From assembly GCA_964514965.1 (NCBI GenBank), contig CAZETV010000001.1, positions 783,063 to 815,062 of the forward strand: a DNA stretch of 32,000 bases. The letters run 5' to 3'. This DNA comes from Candidatus Hadarchaeota archaeon (GTDB lineage: Archaea; Hadarchaeota; Hadarchaeia; Hadarchaeales; Hadarchaeaceae). The notes beneath the pieces are model-generated. The model worked only from the letters and a program-made list of their open reading frames with translations, ran no database searches and was not told the DNA's origin. Both the position numbers and the translations under genes were made by a program. The first letter of the stretch is position 1, and every line of letters begins with the position of its first letter. Positions 8,708 through 17,770 of this stretch are shown in pieces.

Positions 8708-9523
8708 ATGGAATATTATCGACGCCTGGATGTAAGACGAACAATCATGGATTTCGCGCGTGCTAGCGACGGCAGCGGCGAGCGAGAATGCACTTTCTAC
8801 AACGCCCGCGTCAAAAGCATACAGCGCAACCTAAGTAAGCACCATATTGTTTTGGATTCAGCAGCGGACTTTGACCGAGCATTAGACTCAGGAGCGACGG
8901 CATTCTATTGCTCCTACTGGCGTTATCTGGGGCAAGACTTCTCGCGCCCGGTTGGACACGATTTGGCATGGATCGTGCGGGCGGGGCGAGGAGGGTTGGG
9001 GTTTGCTAAGGAGGTAACTGCTTGGGTGATCGAAGCGCTGGCGGAGGATGGCATCTCCGAGCCGTGGGTGAAGTACTCCGGCCAACTTGGGTTTGATTTA
9101 TTGATACCGTTCGAGGCCATCCCTCACGAAGCTTGGGCGGGGGATAGTTATGCGCTGGCAGACATACAGCGAGGACTAACAAATTCTATCGAGAGCTATT
9201 TGACTGAGCATAATTCGAGCATTCGCGTTAATGGCGTCTCTTCCTCCCTTGAGATAACGCGAGGAACAAATACCTGCCTTCTCTCCGAGCTTCGGGTGAG
9301 GCGAGGCTTATTGCTGGCGCCTATGAGCCTCAACCCGGAGTCGGGCTTGGTTTCGGTTCCCGTCGCGCCAGATGAGGTGGCAAAATTTTCCGTGCTTGAT
9401 GCCAGCCCTGCTGATGCGCGGCCTTTCGGTTGGAAGCGGCCTTCGAGAGGGGTGCACGAGTTAGTGAAGCATGCCCGTCCGTGGCAGCTCGCTCAAGTTC
9501 AAACGAAGTTAGCGGTCACCTAG
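8708..9523 (+). CDS. Divergent archaeo-eukaryotic primase (PriS/LigD-pol-like) domain protein, probably catalytically inactive
   Basis: PriS-like framework: ATAFYCSYWRYLG / GHDLAWIVRA / FAKEVTAWVIEALAEDGI / VKYSGQLGFDLLIPFE / LLLAPMSLNPESGLVSVPV. Catalytic DxD and SGxRGxH positions look substituted. Confidence 0.7.
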   Translation: MEYYRRLDVRRTIMDFARASDGSGERECTFYNARVKSIQRNLSKHHIVLDSAADFDRALDSGATAFYCSYWRYLGQDFSRPVGHDLAWIVRAGRGGLGFAKEVTAWVIEALAEDGISEPWVKYSGQLGFDLLIPFEAIPHEAWAGDSYALADIQRGLTNSIESYLTEHNSSIRVNGVSSSLEITRGTNTCLLSELRVRRGLLLAPMSLNPESGLVSVPVAPDEVAKFSVLDASPADARPFGWKRPSRGVHELVKHARPWQLAQVQTKLAVT

Positions 9524-9636
9524 CTCATGCAACGCATTAAAAAAGTAGTATCTTCATTGGCATGGATTTCGATTAGGTTAGTTTTTGGGGGTTGTGTGAC
9601 AATTGGTTTAAATGCTTGGCAGCGAGATTCAAAAAC

Positions 9637-10020
9637 ATGAAAATTAAAGACGTCATGCAGAAGTTGGTTTCAATAGATGGGGAGAGAAAGGTAATAGATG
9701 CATGCAAGCTCATGGGTAAGAGACATATTGGCAGTGTTCTCGTCACGCTTGAAAACAAACCCTTTGGGATATTCACGGAGCGAGATTTGCTTTCGGAAGT
9801 AATAGCAAAAGGAGTGGACATAAATAAAGTTAAGGTCAAAAGCTACGCATCGCGTCCTCTGATAACGGTGAGTGGTAATTATAGTGTCCGTGAATGCGCG
9901 AGGATAATGTCTGACTTGAAAATAAAGCGCCTGATTGTCGCTTCGCGAGGGAAGATAAAAGGGATATTCACATCATCGGATTTGGCTCGCGCGATATCCA
10001 AGTCTCCTCTAAATTTCTGA
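9637..10020 (+). CDS. CBS domain pair protein
   Basis: MKIKDVMQKLVSIDGERKVIDACKLMGKRHIGSVLVTLENKPFGIFTERDLL ... VRECARIMSDLKIKRLIVASRGKIKGIFTSSDLARAI. Confidence 0.9.
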   Translation: MKIKDVMQKLVSIDGERKVIDACKLMGKRHIGSVLVTLENKPFGIFTERDLLSEVIAKGVDINKVKVKSYASRPLITVSGNYSVRECARIMSDLKIKRLIVASRGKIKGIFTSSDLARAISKSPLNF

Positions 10021-10032
10021 GGCGGGAAATAG

Positions 10033-10224
10033 ATGGAGAAATGTGGCTGCTGTGGGAAGGAACTTCGTGATGAAGGGTTCGGAGAAAAATGGCGCAAATG
10101 TAGATACTGCGGCATACCGATTTGCTTCGACTGTACCCATTATTTAGGAGTGCACGTACATGGGCTGTATTCGAATTATTTGGATGTTGTCTGTGTTTGT
10201 GAAAAATGTAAACTTAAAAAGTAG
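10033..10224 (+). CDS. Small Cys-rich zinc-ribbon-like protein
   Basis: MEKCGCCGKELRD...RKCRYCGIPICFDCTHY...VCVCEKCKLKK; multiple CxxC knuckles. Confidence 0.75.
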   Translation: MEKCGCCGKELRDEGFGEKWRKCRYCGIPICFDCTHYLGVHVHGLYSNYLDVVCVCEKCKLKK

Positions 10225-10347
10225 CGGTTATCCTCATCATTCAGTTTGTTGGTGTTCATAGTCAGATTTCAAAGGCGATTTTAATTGTGTAACCCGGGTC
10301 AAATAAGTTAACAGTTTGTATTTTCATAAGGGAGTGGGGGCGAGTTA

Positions 10348-10980
10348 GTGAGCGCGGCTTTAGTGGGTAGGGTAAATGAACTGAAGCAAGACAAAACAGG
10401 CAAAATCATAGCTCGAAGGATGCGAGATTTCAAGAAGCTCAGCCGCAAGAGCAACGAGGAATGGTTTTCGGAGTTGTGCTTCTGTATCCTGACGGCGAAC
10501 TCGGCTGCGAAGATGGGGATGAAGATTCAGCAAGAGTTGGGTAGCGAGGGATTTTTAAAGCTCCCGCTAGAGGAACTCAGGCGCAAGCTAAGGGGGGCGG
10601 GGCACAGATTTTCGAACATTAGAGCACACTTTATCGTCGAGGCACGCAGATTTTGCAACATAAAAAATATCATCGGGAAATTCACGGACGCGCGGCAGGC
10701 GCGGGAGTGGCTTGTTGAGAACGTGAGGGGCCTAGGTTATAAGGAAGCGAGCCATTTCTTGCGCAATGTTGGATTTGAGAATTTAGCAATTTTGGATCGT
10801 CATGTGCTCAGGGTGCTATGCGAATATGGATTAATAGATGAGGTGCCTTGCTCCCTGACACGTAGGCGATATCTGGGGCTTGAGAAGAAGCTCGTGGAAC
10901 TCGCGGAGAAGCTCGGGCTTACTCTTGGGGAACTGGATCTCTATCTTTGGTGCTTGAGGACTGGCAAAGTCTTGAAATAA
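10348..10980 (+). CDS. ogg: N-glycosylase/DNA lyase (8-oxoguanine glycosylase, archaeal Ogg2-like)
   Basis: Helix-hairpin-helix region VENVRGLGYKEASHFLRNVGFENLAILDRHVLRVL with catalytic K and D; GTG-type start. Confidence 0.87.
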   Translation: MSAALVGRVNELKQDKTGKIIARRMRDFKKLSRKSNEEWFSELCFCILTANSAAKMGMKIQQELGSEGFLKLPLEELRRKLRGAGHRFSNIRAHFIVEARRFCNIKNIIGKFTDARQAREWLVENVRGLGYKEASHFLRNVGFENLAILDRHVLRVLCEYGLIDEVPCSLTRRRYLGLEKKLVELAEKLGLTLGELDLYLWCLRTGKVLK

Positions 10981-10981
10981 A

Positions 10982-11845
10982 TTAACTTGGAATCAAATGG
11001 CTCCCATCGCAGCTCGCACCGGTTGTCAGCTCTCGCAGCCCTTCGCGGCAGGAGGCGAAGGGTATGCCGTTTTCATCACACGCTTTTTTGACCGACTTCA
11101 TGAGTTCAAGCCTGAGCTCGCGGGGCAGGTACCAGTTGTTTTGGTGTCGTTCGCCGCGTTCGAAGTACAGCGGCGCGAGCTTGGCGGCAGTTTCAGGAAA
11201 AAACTGTCGAACGCGATGCCAACTATCGGGGCGGGGTTTAAACGTTGATGAGGTTACATGTTTGGCGCCGGTGATGGCGGCAGCTTTGATGATTCGTGTA
11301 ATTTCTGTGTCGTTTAGGCCAGGGATGATTGGGTCGAGACGCAGACTCACGGGCACGCCCGCGCTCGAGAGTTTTTTCATCGCCCCCAACCTTCGTTCAG
11401 GTGGTGGGGCTCGCGGTTCGAGTTTTCGACTCAAATTTCTTTTGATGGTGGTTATAGTAAAGCTGACCACGCAACGCAGCTTCGAGAGCAAATCGATGTC
11501 ACGGGTGACTATATCAGATTTCGTTATCACTTGCACTTGGCAACCCTCGCGCAGAAAGAGTTCGAGGCAACAACGAGTTAGTTTAAGTTTTGTCTCCATC
11601 GGCGGGTAAGGGTCAGAACTGTTTGACATGCTGATAACGCGACACTTGTCAACCCGCTTGAGATCACGCTCGACCCGCGTCAATAAATTTTTCTTTATTC
11701 TACATTCGGATGCTCTCGGCACATAGGAGGTAACGTAACAGTAGACGCACCGGTAAGAACATCCAGTGTAAGGGTTGAATTCATATTTTTTTGGGCAGGT
11801 GCAGATAGGGTCATGCCAAGGGTCGAAATCTCGAATGACATCCAC
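10982..11845 (-). CDS. Radical SAM protein, spore photoproduct lyase-like family
   Basis: NPYTGCSYRCVYCYVTSY (CxxxCxxC), TKSDIVTRDIDLL, SLRLDPIIPGLND. Confidence 0.88.
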   Translation of the reverse strand: MDVIRDFDPWHDPICTCPKKYEFNPYTGCSYRCVYCYVTSYVPRASECRIKKNLLTRVERDLKRVDKCRVISMSNSSDPYPPMETKLKLTRCCLELFLREGCQVQVITKSDIVTRDIDLLSKLRCVVSFTITTIKRNLSRKLEPRAPPPERRLGAMKKLSSAGVPVSLRLDPIIPGLNDTEITRIIKAAAITGAKHVTSSTFKPRPDSWHRVRQFFPETAAKLAPLYFERGERHQNNWYLPRELRLELMKSVKKACDENGIPFASCREGLRELTTGASCDGSHLIPS

Positions 11846-12309
11846 AATGCCACCTTGTTATTTCTTGTTGGCGTTCAGAAAAATTTTTCTCCAGCATAAA
11901 TTTCGTTAAAAGGTGCGCCGAGATAAGAGCCTCGGACATCTCGATGATTACGGACGACGTAGCCCACCCGAACCACCTTTTGAGCAGCCCGACGAACCAA
12001 GTCGCTTCGATCCTTTACGGACCGTGTGGATTACCCTAACGAGTTCTCCACGCCGTAACCTTTCGAGCGCTTTTGAATCAACCCTGTCAGCCTGCTGTTC
12101 AAGGCCCCATCAAGCCGGCCTAGCTCTTTGAGGCTCCTACCAGTGGGATCCACCAAGACCGATTCTAGAGACTCTTCCGGTTTGCTCTCCCGGCGCGAAG
12201 AAAAATTAGTTTAGCTTCCATAAATAACTTTCTCATTTCTCGAGTGGAAAGTCGAAAATTTTAAAGTGATGTTTACTTCTATCAAATGGAAATTCTTGGG
12301 AGGAAAATA

Positions 12310-12450
12310 ATGTCGGGGTGCTGTCATAAATGTTGGCAGTATTATGAGTGTGAGAATCGGAGGGACTGTTGTACTGAGTGCGATTATTACTCGAACGGCG
12401 TTTGCATTTACTCTGAAGCGGAACCTTACGAAGAGTTAGAAAATGAGTAA
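12310..12450 (+). CDS. 46-aa Cys-rich small protein (8 Cys)
   Basis: Not in ORF track (below size cutoff). MSGCCHKCWQYYECENRRDCCTECDYYSNGVCIYSEAEPYEELENE; ideal SD GGAGG at 12299-12303, 6 nt before the ATG. Confidence 0.75.
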   Translation: MSGCCHKCWQYYECENRRDCCTECDYYSNGVCIYSEAEPYEELENE

Positions 12451-12541
12451 TCGCTCCGGGAGAGTCAATTTTCGTTGCGAAAAGCCCCATGTCCACTCCT
12501 AAATTTATAAGTGCTAGTCGAAACATCTAACTAGTGAGCAC

Positions 12542-13111
12542 ATGTACAATCCATTCGACGATGAATTCTTCAAGCGTATGTGGCACATGATGCGAGATTT
12601 AGACCGTGAGTTCAAAAGAATGGAGAACAAATTCAAGATAGACTTTCGAGAATTCGAGCGAAGGCCGGGGGTCGCGGGATTCAAGGTGGAAATAAGGGAT
12701 TTCGGTAAAGGCAAACCGGAGGTCAAAGTAACACCGATAGGCAAGCGCCCGATTATGGTAGGTCCCTTAAAATCGCCAGCCAAAGTGCCCGTGGAACGGC
12801 CGAAGCCGCCAAAGGTTGAACGGAAAAAAAGCAAACCAGTAACTCGCATGCTTGAAACAAATTGCGGGAAGATAGAGCGCCTTGGTGAAGTAGTGCTTAC
12901 GATGCAGGTGCCAGGGGTGAAGAAGGAAGATGTAGAAGTTAGGCAGCTGGGGAACGCGCTCGAAATCATCGCGCGGAAGTCTAGTGGTGAGGCATATTTT
13001 GGGGCTTTTGAGCTTCCGCCCGATGCGGCGCCAAGCAGACGAGAGGTTGAGATGAAAGGAAAAATGTTGGTTATCTCAATCCCGAGAAGGCGCTCCAGCA
13101 TGAAGTCTTAA
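12542..13111 (+). CDS. Hsp20/alpha-crystallin family small heat-shock-like protein with extended N-terminus
   Basis: EVVLTMQVPGVKKEDVEVRQLGNALEIIARK ... YFGAFELPPDAAPSRREVEMKGKMLVISIPRR. Confidence 0.8.
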   Translation: MYNPFDDEFFKRMWHMMRDLDREFKRMENKFKIDFREFERRPGVAGFKVEIRDFGKGKPEVKVTPIGKRPIMVGPLKSPAKVPVERPKPPKVERKKSKPVTRMLETNCGKIERLGEVVLTMQVPGVKKEDVEVRQLGNALEIIARKSSGEAYFGAFELPPDAAPSRREVEMKGKMLVISIPRRRSSMKS

Positions 13112-13130
13112 GGGAAGCGAGGGTGAAGAA

Positions 13131-13634
13131 ATGTTGATAAGGCTCGAGATGGAGCTCGAAGACGTCCCGGGGCAGCTCGTCAAAGCACTTGATCCCATCT
13201 CACGCTACGGCGGCAACATTCAAAGCATCATGCACCAGCGCGAGCGAAAGACACCACTCGGGCGGCTACCTGTCATGTTGATTTTTGAGGTCGGAGAGCG
13301 AGCGAGGCTTAATCGAATTTTAGCGGCACTCCGAGCGATGGGAGTTCAGATCACCCGGATTGGGGAACGCGAGGGCGCAGTAAGGACCACAGTTTTGTTG
13401 ATAGGCCACATTATCCACACCGACGTTCGGGACACTATCGACCGTCTGAACGCTCTTAAAGGGGTAATGGTGTCCGACTTAAGTCTCGCGATGGGCGTCC
13501 CCAGCCAGGAGTCGGCAGCTCGAATGACGATCGTGGCTGATGACGAGAAGTATACGAAGTTGGCTCTCTCCAGAATGCAGCAAATAGCAGACAGAAAAAA
13601 GCTGCTCATGATAACTTCACTTGAGGCGGAATGA
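13131..13634 (+). CDS. ACT domain protein, likely regulator partner of homoserine dehydrogenase
   Basis: MELEDVPGQLVKALDPISRYGGNIQSIMHQRE; 4-nt ATGA overlap with hom. Confidence 0.85.
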   Translation: MLIRLEMELEDVPGQLVKALDPISRYGGNIQSIMHQRERKTPLGRLPVMLIFEVGERARLNRILAALRAMGVQITRIGEREGAVRTTVLLIGHIIHTDVRDTIDRLNALKGVMVSDLSLAMGVPSQESAARMTIVADDEKYTKLALSRMQQIADRKKLLMITSLEAE

Positions 13635-14647
13635 TGCGCGTAATACTCGTTGGATTCGGAAACTTGGGCAAAGGGCTCAGCCGTGCGTTAGTCCAAAAAG
13701 CCAGTTTTTTGCGCAGGAGCCAAGGGTTGATTACACGCGTGGTTGCGGTCGTCGATGAGTTTGGTTCGGTCGTGGATGATAAAGGGCTCAATTTGAGTGA
13801 GTTGCTAAAGGTCGTCGAGAAGAAGGGAACGGTAGCAGCGTATAAAGGAGGGAAACGAGGCAAACTAGCTCTCAAAGTGATCGATAATATTGACGCGGAT
13901 GTTGTTTACGACCTCACACCGACAAACATCAAGACAGGGGAGCCCGGACTAACTCACATCAAACGTGCGATGCTGGCGGGAAAACATGTGATAACCTCAA
14001 ATAAGGGGCCGCTCGTGGTCGCGTTTAGGGAACTCGACGCATTGGCAAAGAGATGTGGCGTGGAATTCAGGTATTCCGGTTCGGTCGGCGGGGCAGTGCC
14101 AGTGGTGGGGCTTGCGAAGAAGCTGTTGGCCGGGAATGAGATCCACGAAATTAGGGGCGTGCTCAACGGCACCACAAACTACCTCCTCACGCGTATGAGC
14201 AAGGAAGGTGCCCCCTTTGAGGTCGTTCTGCGGGAGGCTAAAGAGCTTGGAATCGCCGAGAAGGACCCGACGCTCGACATCGAGGGCATTGATACAGCAT
14301 GCAAAATTACGATTCTGGCGAACTCCTTGTTGGGCATGAATGCAAGGCTCAAGGAGGTCAAGATAACAGGCATCTCGCGAGTTAGGCCCGAGGCAATTCA
14401 CCTAGCTCAAGAGGCAGGGAGCGCGATAAAGCTCATCGGAATCGCGAGGCGTGGTTCGCTGGAAGTAGGGCCAAAATTAGTCCCGCTGGGGCACCCGCTC
14501 GCTGTTGGTGGCACCTTGAATGCGGTAACCTTTAAGCTCGATTTGGCGCGGGAGATTTCAATCACGGGTTTCGGGGCTGGCCCGAAGGAGACTTCAAGCT
14601 CATTGCTTGGCGATCTGATAGATATCAATAGAACGCTTGGTGGCTGA
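13631..14647 (+). CDS. hom: Homoserine dehydrogenase
   Basis: VILVGFGNLGKG, VVYDLTPTN, ITSNKGPL, GGAVPVVG, GVLNGTTNYLLTRM, DPTLDIEGIDTACKI. Confidence 0.95.
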   Translation: MMRVILVGFGNLGKGLSRALVQKASFLRRSQGLITRVVAVVDEFGSVVDDKGLNLSELLKVVEKKGTVAAYKGGKRGKLALKVIDNIDADVVYDLTPTNIKTGEPGLTHIKRAMLAGKHVITSNKGPLVVAFRELDALAKRCGVEFRYSGSVGGAVPVVGLAKKLLAGNEIHEIRGVLNGTTNYLLTRMSKEGAPFEVVLREAKELGIAEKDPTLDIEGIDTACKITILANSLLGMNARLKEVKITGISRVRPEAIHLAQEAGSAIKLIGIARRGSLEVGPKLVPLGHPLAVGGTLNAVTFKLDLAREISITGFGAGPKETSSSLLGDLIDINRTLGG

Positions 14648-14779
14648 AAATTACTGATATCGCACCCGCCATTCTCAAAATTTTCAAATAGAGAATTTTT
14701 CGTTTCTTAAGCGCTAAATTTTGTGTTAATTCACCTAAGGTATTTACCAAACCACCAAGAATTAAAATCGGGAACCGCT

Positions 14780-15997
14780 GTGAGACTGGAATGCATCGAG
14801 TGCGGCAGCAAGTTCAAGATTCACGAGAGGGTTTACACTTGCCCAAAATGCGGAGGCTTGCTTGAGGTCGAGTTCGAGCTAAGTGAGCTGAAGCGAAAGC
14901 TCAATCGTAAGCGCTTGAAGGTCGAAACGCCGAGCGTTTGGAAGTATCGCGCGTTCATGCCGATTTTAAATGATTCGAAAATTATCAGCTTGGATGAGGG
15001 GGGGACGCCTCTCTATCGCTGCAACCGGCTTGCCAAGGAGATAGGTGTTCGGGAGCTTTACGTGAAATTTGAAGGGGCGAACCCAACGGGCTCTTTTAAG
15101 GATCGGGGGATGACTGTTGGAGTCACGAAGGCGCTTGAACTTGGAGCTAAGATCGTCGCGTGCGCTTCGACTGGCAACACATCAGCCTCGCTGTCGGCCT
15201 ATGCAGCCAAGGCCGGGTTACGCTGCGTAGTTTTGCTCCCAAAAGGTAAGGTAGCACGAGGCAAGCTGGCGCAGACTCTGATTTACGGCGCGCAGACGAT
15301 AGCAGTAAAGGGGAACTTCGACGAGGCACTGGCGATTGTGCGGAGGATATGTGATGCGCGGAAGGATATCTATCTTCTGAATTCACTAAATCCCTTTAGA
15401 CCTCAAGGTCAGAAGTCAATAGGATTTGAAATAGCGGATCAGCTTGGGTGGGAAGTGCCAGACCGTGTGGTGGTGCCCATGGGGAACTGCGCCAACATCT
15501 GGGCGATTTACAAGGGATTCTTAGAGTTCGACTTGGTCGGGCTGACAAAGGGAATACCCATGATGACCGGGATCCAATCCAAAGGGTCAATGCCAATCGT
15601 CGAAGCTATCAAGAGAGGGCTTGACAAGTTCGTGCCAGTTAAAAAACCAGAAACGATAGCCACGGCAATCCGTATAGGCAATCCAGTGAACGGCCCCAAG
15701 GCAATTCGGGCAATCCGAGCCTCAAAGGGCACAGCGGAGGCGGTAAGTGATGCTGAAATCATCAAGGCCCAAAAGTTAATGACTCGGTTGGAAGGAATTG
15801 GAGCGGAGCCTGCTAGTGCGTCTACGATCGCTGGGCTCAAAAAGCTCGTGAATAAGGGAGTCATCAAGCGTGACGAGTGCGTGGTGTGTGTGGCAACAGG
15901 GCACGTATTAAAAGACCCGGAAGAGGCAATAAATGTCTCGGAGCGCCCGCGTGAGGCTCCGGCGAGATATACGGAAATAGCGAAACTATTGAGGTGA
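14780..15997 (+). CDS. thrC: Threonine synthase
   Basis: CIECGSKFKI...CPKCGGLL zinc ribbon, GANPTGSFKDRGMTVGVTKA (PLP Lys), ACASTGNTSASLSAYAAKAG. In-frame GTG alternatives at 14723 and 14780. Confidence 0.93.
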   Translation: MRLECIECGSKFKIHERVYTCPKCGGLLEVEFELSELKRKLNRKRLKVETPSVWKYRAFMPILNDSKIISLDEGGTPLYRCNRLAKEIGVRELYVKFEGANPTGSFKDRGMTVGVTKALELGAKIVACASTGNTSASLSAYAAKAGLRCVVLLPKGKVARGKLAQTLIYGAQTIAVKGNFDEALAIVRRICDARKDIYLLNSLNPFRPQGQKSIGFEIADQLGWEVPDRVVVPMGNCANIWAIYKGFLEFDLVGLTKGIPMMTGIQSKGSMPIVEAIKRGLDKFVPVKKPETIATAIRIGNPVNGPKAIRAIRASKGTAEAVSDAEIIKAQKLMTRLEGIGAEPASASTIAGLKKLVNKGVIKRDECVVCVATGHVLKDPEEAINVSERPREAPARYTEIAKLLR

Positions 15998-16003
15998 GCG
16001 AAA

Positions 16004-17302
16004 ATGCGCCCGCGAGAAGCATACGACCGGACATTGGGGTTGTTGCAAAAGCATCATGAGTGGTTCAAGACAGTTTTGCCGCTGATAGCCAGCGAAAATG
16101 TGCAATCTCCGGCAGTTCGGGAAGCGCTCACTACAGATTTTGGCGGGCGTTATGCTGAAGGAATGCCGGGGGAGCGGGTCTACGCTGGGTGTACTTACAT
16201 CGACCAAGTGGAACTGCTCGCCATGGAACTGGCCCGAGAGCTCTTCAAGGCGGAACATGCGAACGTGCAGCCAGTTTCTGGGGCCGTCGCCAATCTAGCT
16301 ATGTACACAGCGCTAACAAACCCTAGAGATACGATGATGTGTCTTTCCATAGCCGCCGGGGGGCACATCACGATGGGGAAGAAAAAATTTGGGGGGGCGG
16401 CAGGGGCGGTCCATGGTTTAGAAGTCGAGTATTTCCCCTTCGATGAGAATCGCATGAACATCGACGTAAGGGCGACTGTCGAGAAGATAGCGGAGGTAAA
16501 GCCAAAGCTTGTGATGTTCGGCGGGAGCTTCTTTTTGTTTCCGCATCCAGTTAAAGAGATAAGCGAGGTGGCCAAGGAGCACGGCGCGCATGTGGCGTAC
16601 GATGCTGCTCACGTTATCGGTCTTATTGGAGGCGGCCAGTTCCAAGACCCCCTACGCGAAGGCGCTGAGGTGATAACTTGTAGCACACACAAGACCCTTC
16701 CGGGGCCCCAGCACGGAATGATTTTATGTAAAAAGGAGCTGGCGGGCCCGATAAATCAAGGGGTGTTTCCAGGTATGGTGAGCAACCACCACCTCCACGC
16801 TGTGGCGGGTCTTGCGGTGGCCCTCGCGGAAATGTTGGAGTTCGGGAAGGAGTACACGGCGCAAATAGTGAAAAACGCGAAGGCTCTCGGGAAAGCACTT
16901 TACGACCGAGGTCTAGCAGTTTTGTGCCAGGATCAGGGCTTTACTGCTTCGCACATTCTCGGTATAGACGTTACCGAGTACGGGGATGGGGGAGTACTTG
17001 AGCGAAAACTTGAGCAAGCCAACGTGATACTTAACCGCGAGCTCTTACCTCGGGACCCCAGAGAAGGAAGGCACTTCAGGAACCCCGGTGGTCTAAGGAT
17101 TGGGACATCTGAGGTGACGAGGATTGGCATGAAAGAGAGTGAAATGGAGGATATAGCGGAGTTTATAAAGCGGGTGGTCGTCGACGATGAGGAAACCAAG
17201 CGTGTTGCGGCCGATGTGGCCGAGTTCAGGCGTGATTATCAAAAGGTTCATTATTGTTTCGAGTCCGCGACGCAGGCATACGAGTATGTGAGGATACGTT
17301 AG
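16004..17302 (+). CDS. glyA: Serine hydroxymethyltransferase
   Basis: LIASENVQSPAVREALTTDFGGRYAEGMPGERVYAGC, ITCSTHKTLPGPQHGMI (PLP Lys region). Confidence 0.93.
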   Translation: MRPREAYDRTLGLLQKHHEWFKTVLPLIASENVQSPAVREALTTDFGGRYAEGMPGERVYAGCTYIDQVELLAMELARELFKAEHANVQPVSGAVANLAMYTALTNPRDTMMCLSIAAGGHITMGKKKFGGAAGAVHGLEVEYFPFDENRMNIDVRATVEKIAEVKPKLVMFGGSFFLFPHPVKEISEVAKEHGAHVAYDAAHVIGLIGGGQFQDPLREGAEVITCSTHKTLPGPQHGMILCKKELAGPINQGVFPGMVSNHHLHAVAGLAVALAEMLEFGKEYTAQIVKNAKALGKALYDRGLAVLCQDQGFTASHILGIDVTEYGDGGVLERKLEQANVILNRELLPRDPREGRHFRNPGGLRIGTSEVTRIGMKESEMEDIAEFIKRVVVDDEETKRVAADVAEFRRDYQKVHYCFESATQAYEYVRIR

Positions 17303-17770
17303 CCGTAAAAAAATCGACTCTTAAAATTTAAAATTTGAACTTAGCATAGAACCCAAAGTTTTTGGACCTGCATTTCCCCTGTTTTCGACTGTTTCCACTC
17401 GAACTCAGAGAATAAAGGGAAGCTTTGCAGAAAAGGCACTGTTTTAAGGGCATTTTGGAAATAGGGTATAAAAATTAAGGAATTTAGGATTGGGAATACT
17501 TTCAGTGACCTCTCCCCCAAAACGGCATTAAAAATTTTTGTTTTCATGTTTTATTGGGGGACAAGGGTGCATATCCAAATAGAAGTGCCAAGTCTCCCTT
17601 TTAGCATTAGTTGGCCCGCTTTTTTGGATGTGAAAAATTGGAAGGTAGACGCTTTTAAGATGTGCACAAAAAGTTCTCAAACTTTAAACTTAGAATTCAA
17701 AATTTTCACCACAGTTTCTAAATACGCTTTACTGCCTCTCTCATTTACCGTTGTTAATTGAGGTGGAAAC

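Noticed and set aside
12240-12262. GAGTGGAAA as another ORB-like box
   Set aside because: Matches only the short core and lacks the flanking G-string.
12233-12526. Minus-strand ORF MFRLALINLGVDMGLF...
   Set aside because: Overlaps the well-supported 46-aa Cys-rich gene and has no recognisable domain.
17546-17761. Plus-strand ORF MFYWGTRVHIQ...
   Set aside because: AT-rich, no SD, no domain, ends 10 nt before the mcm TTG; treated as non-coding.
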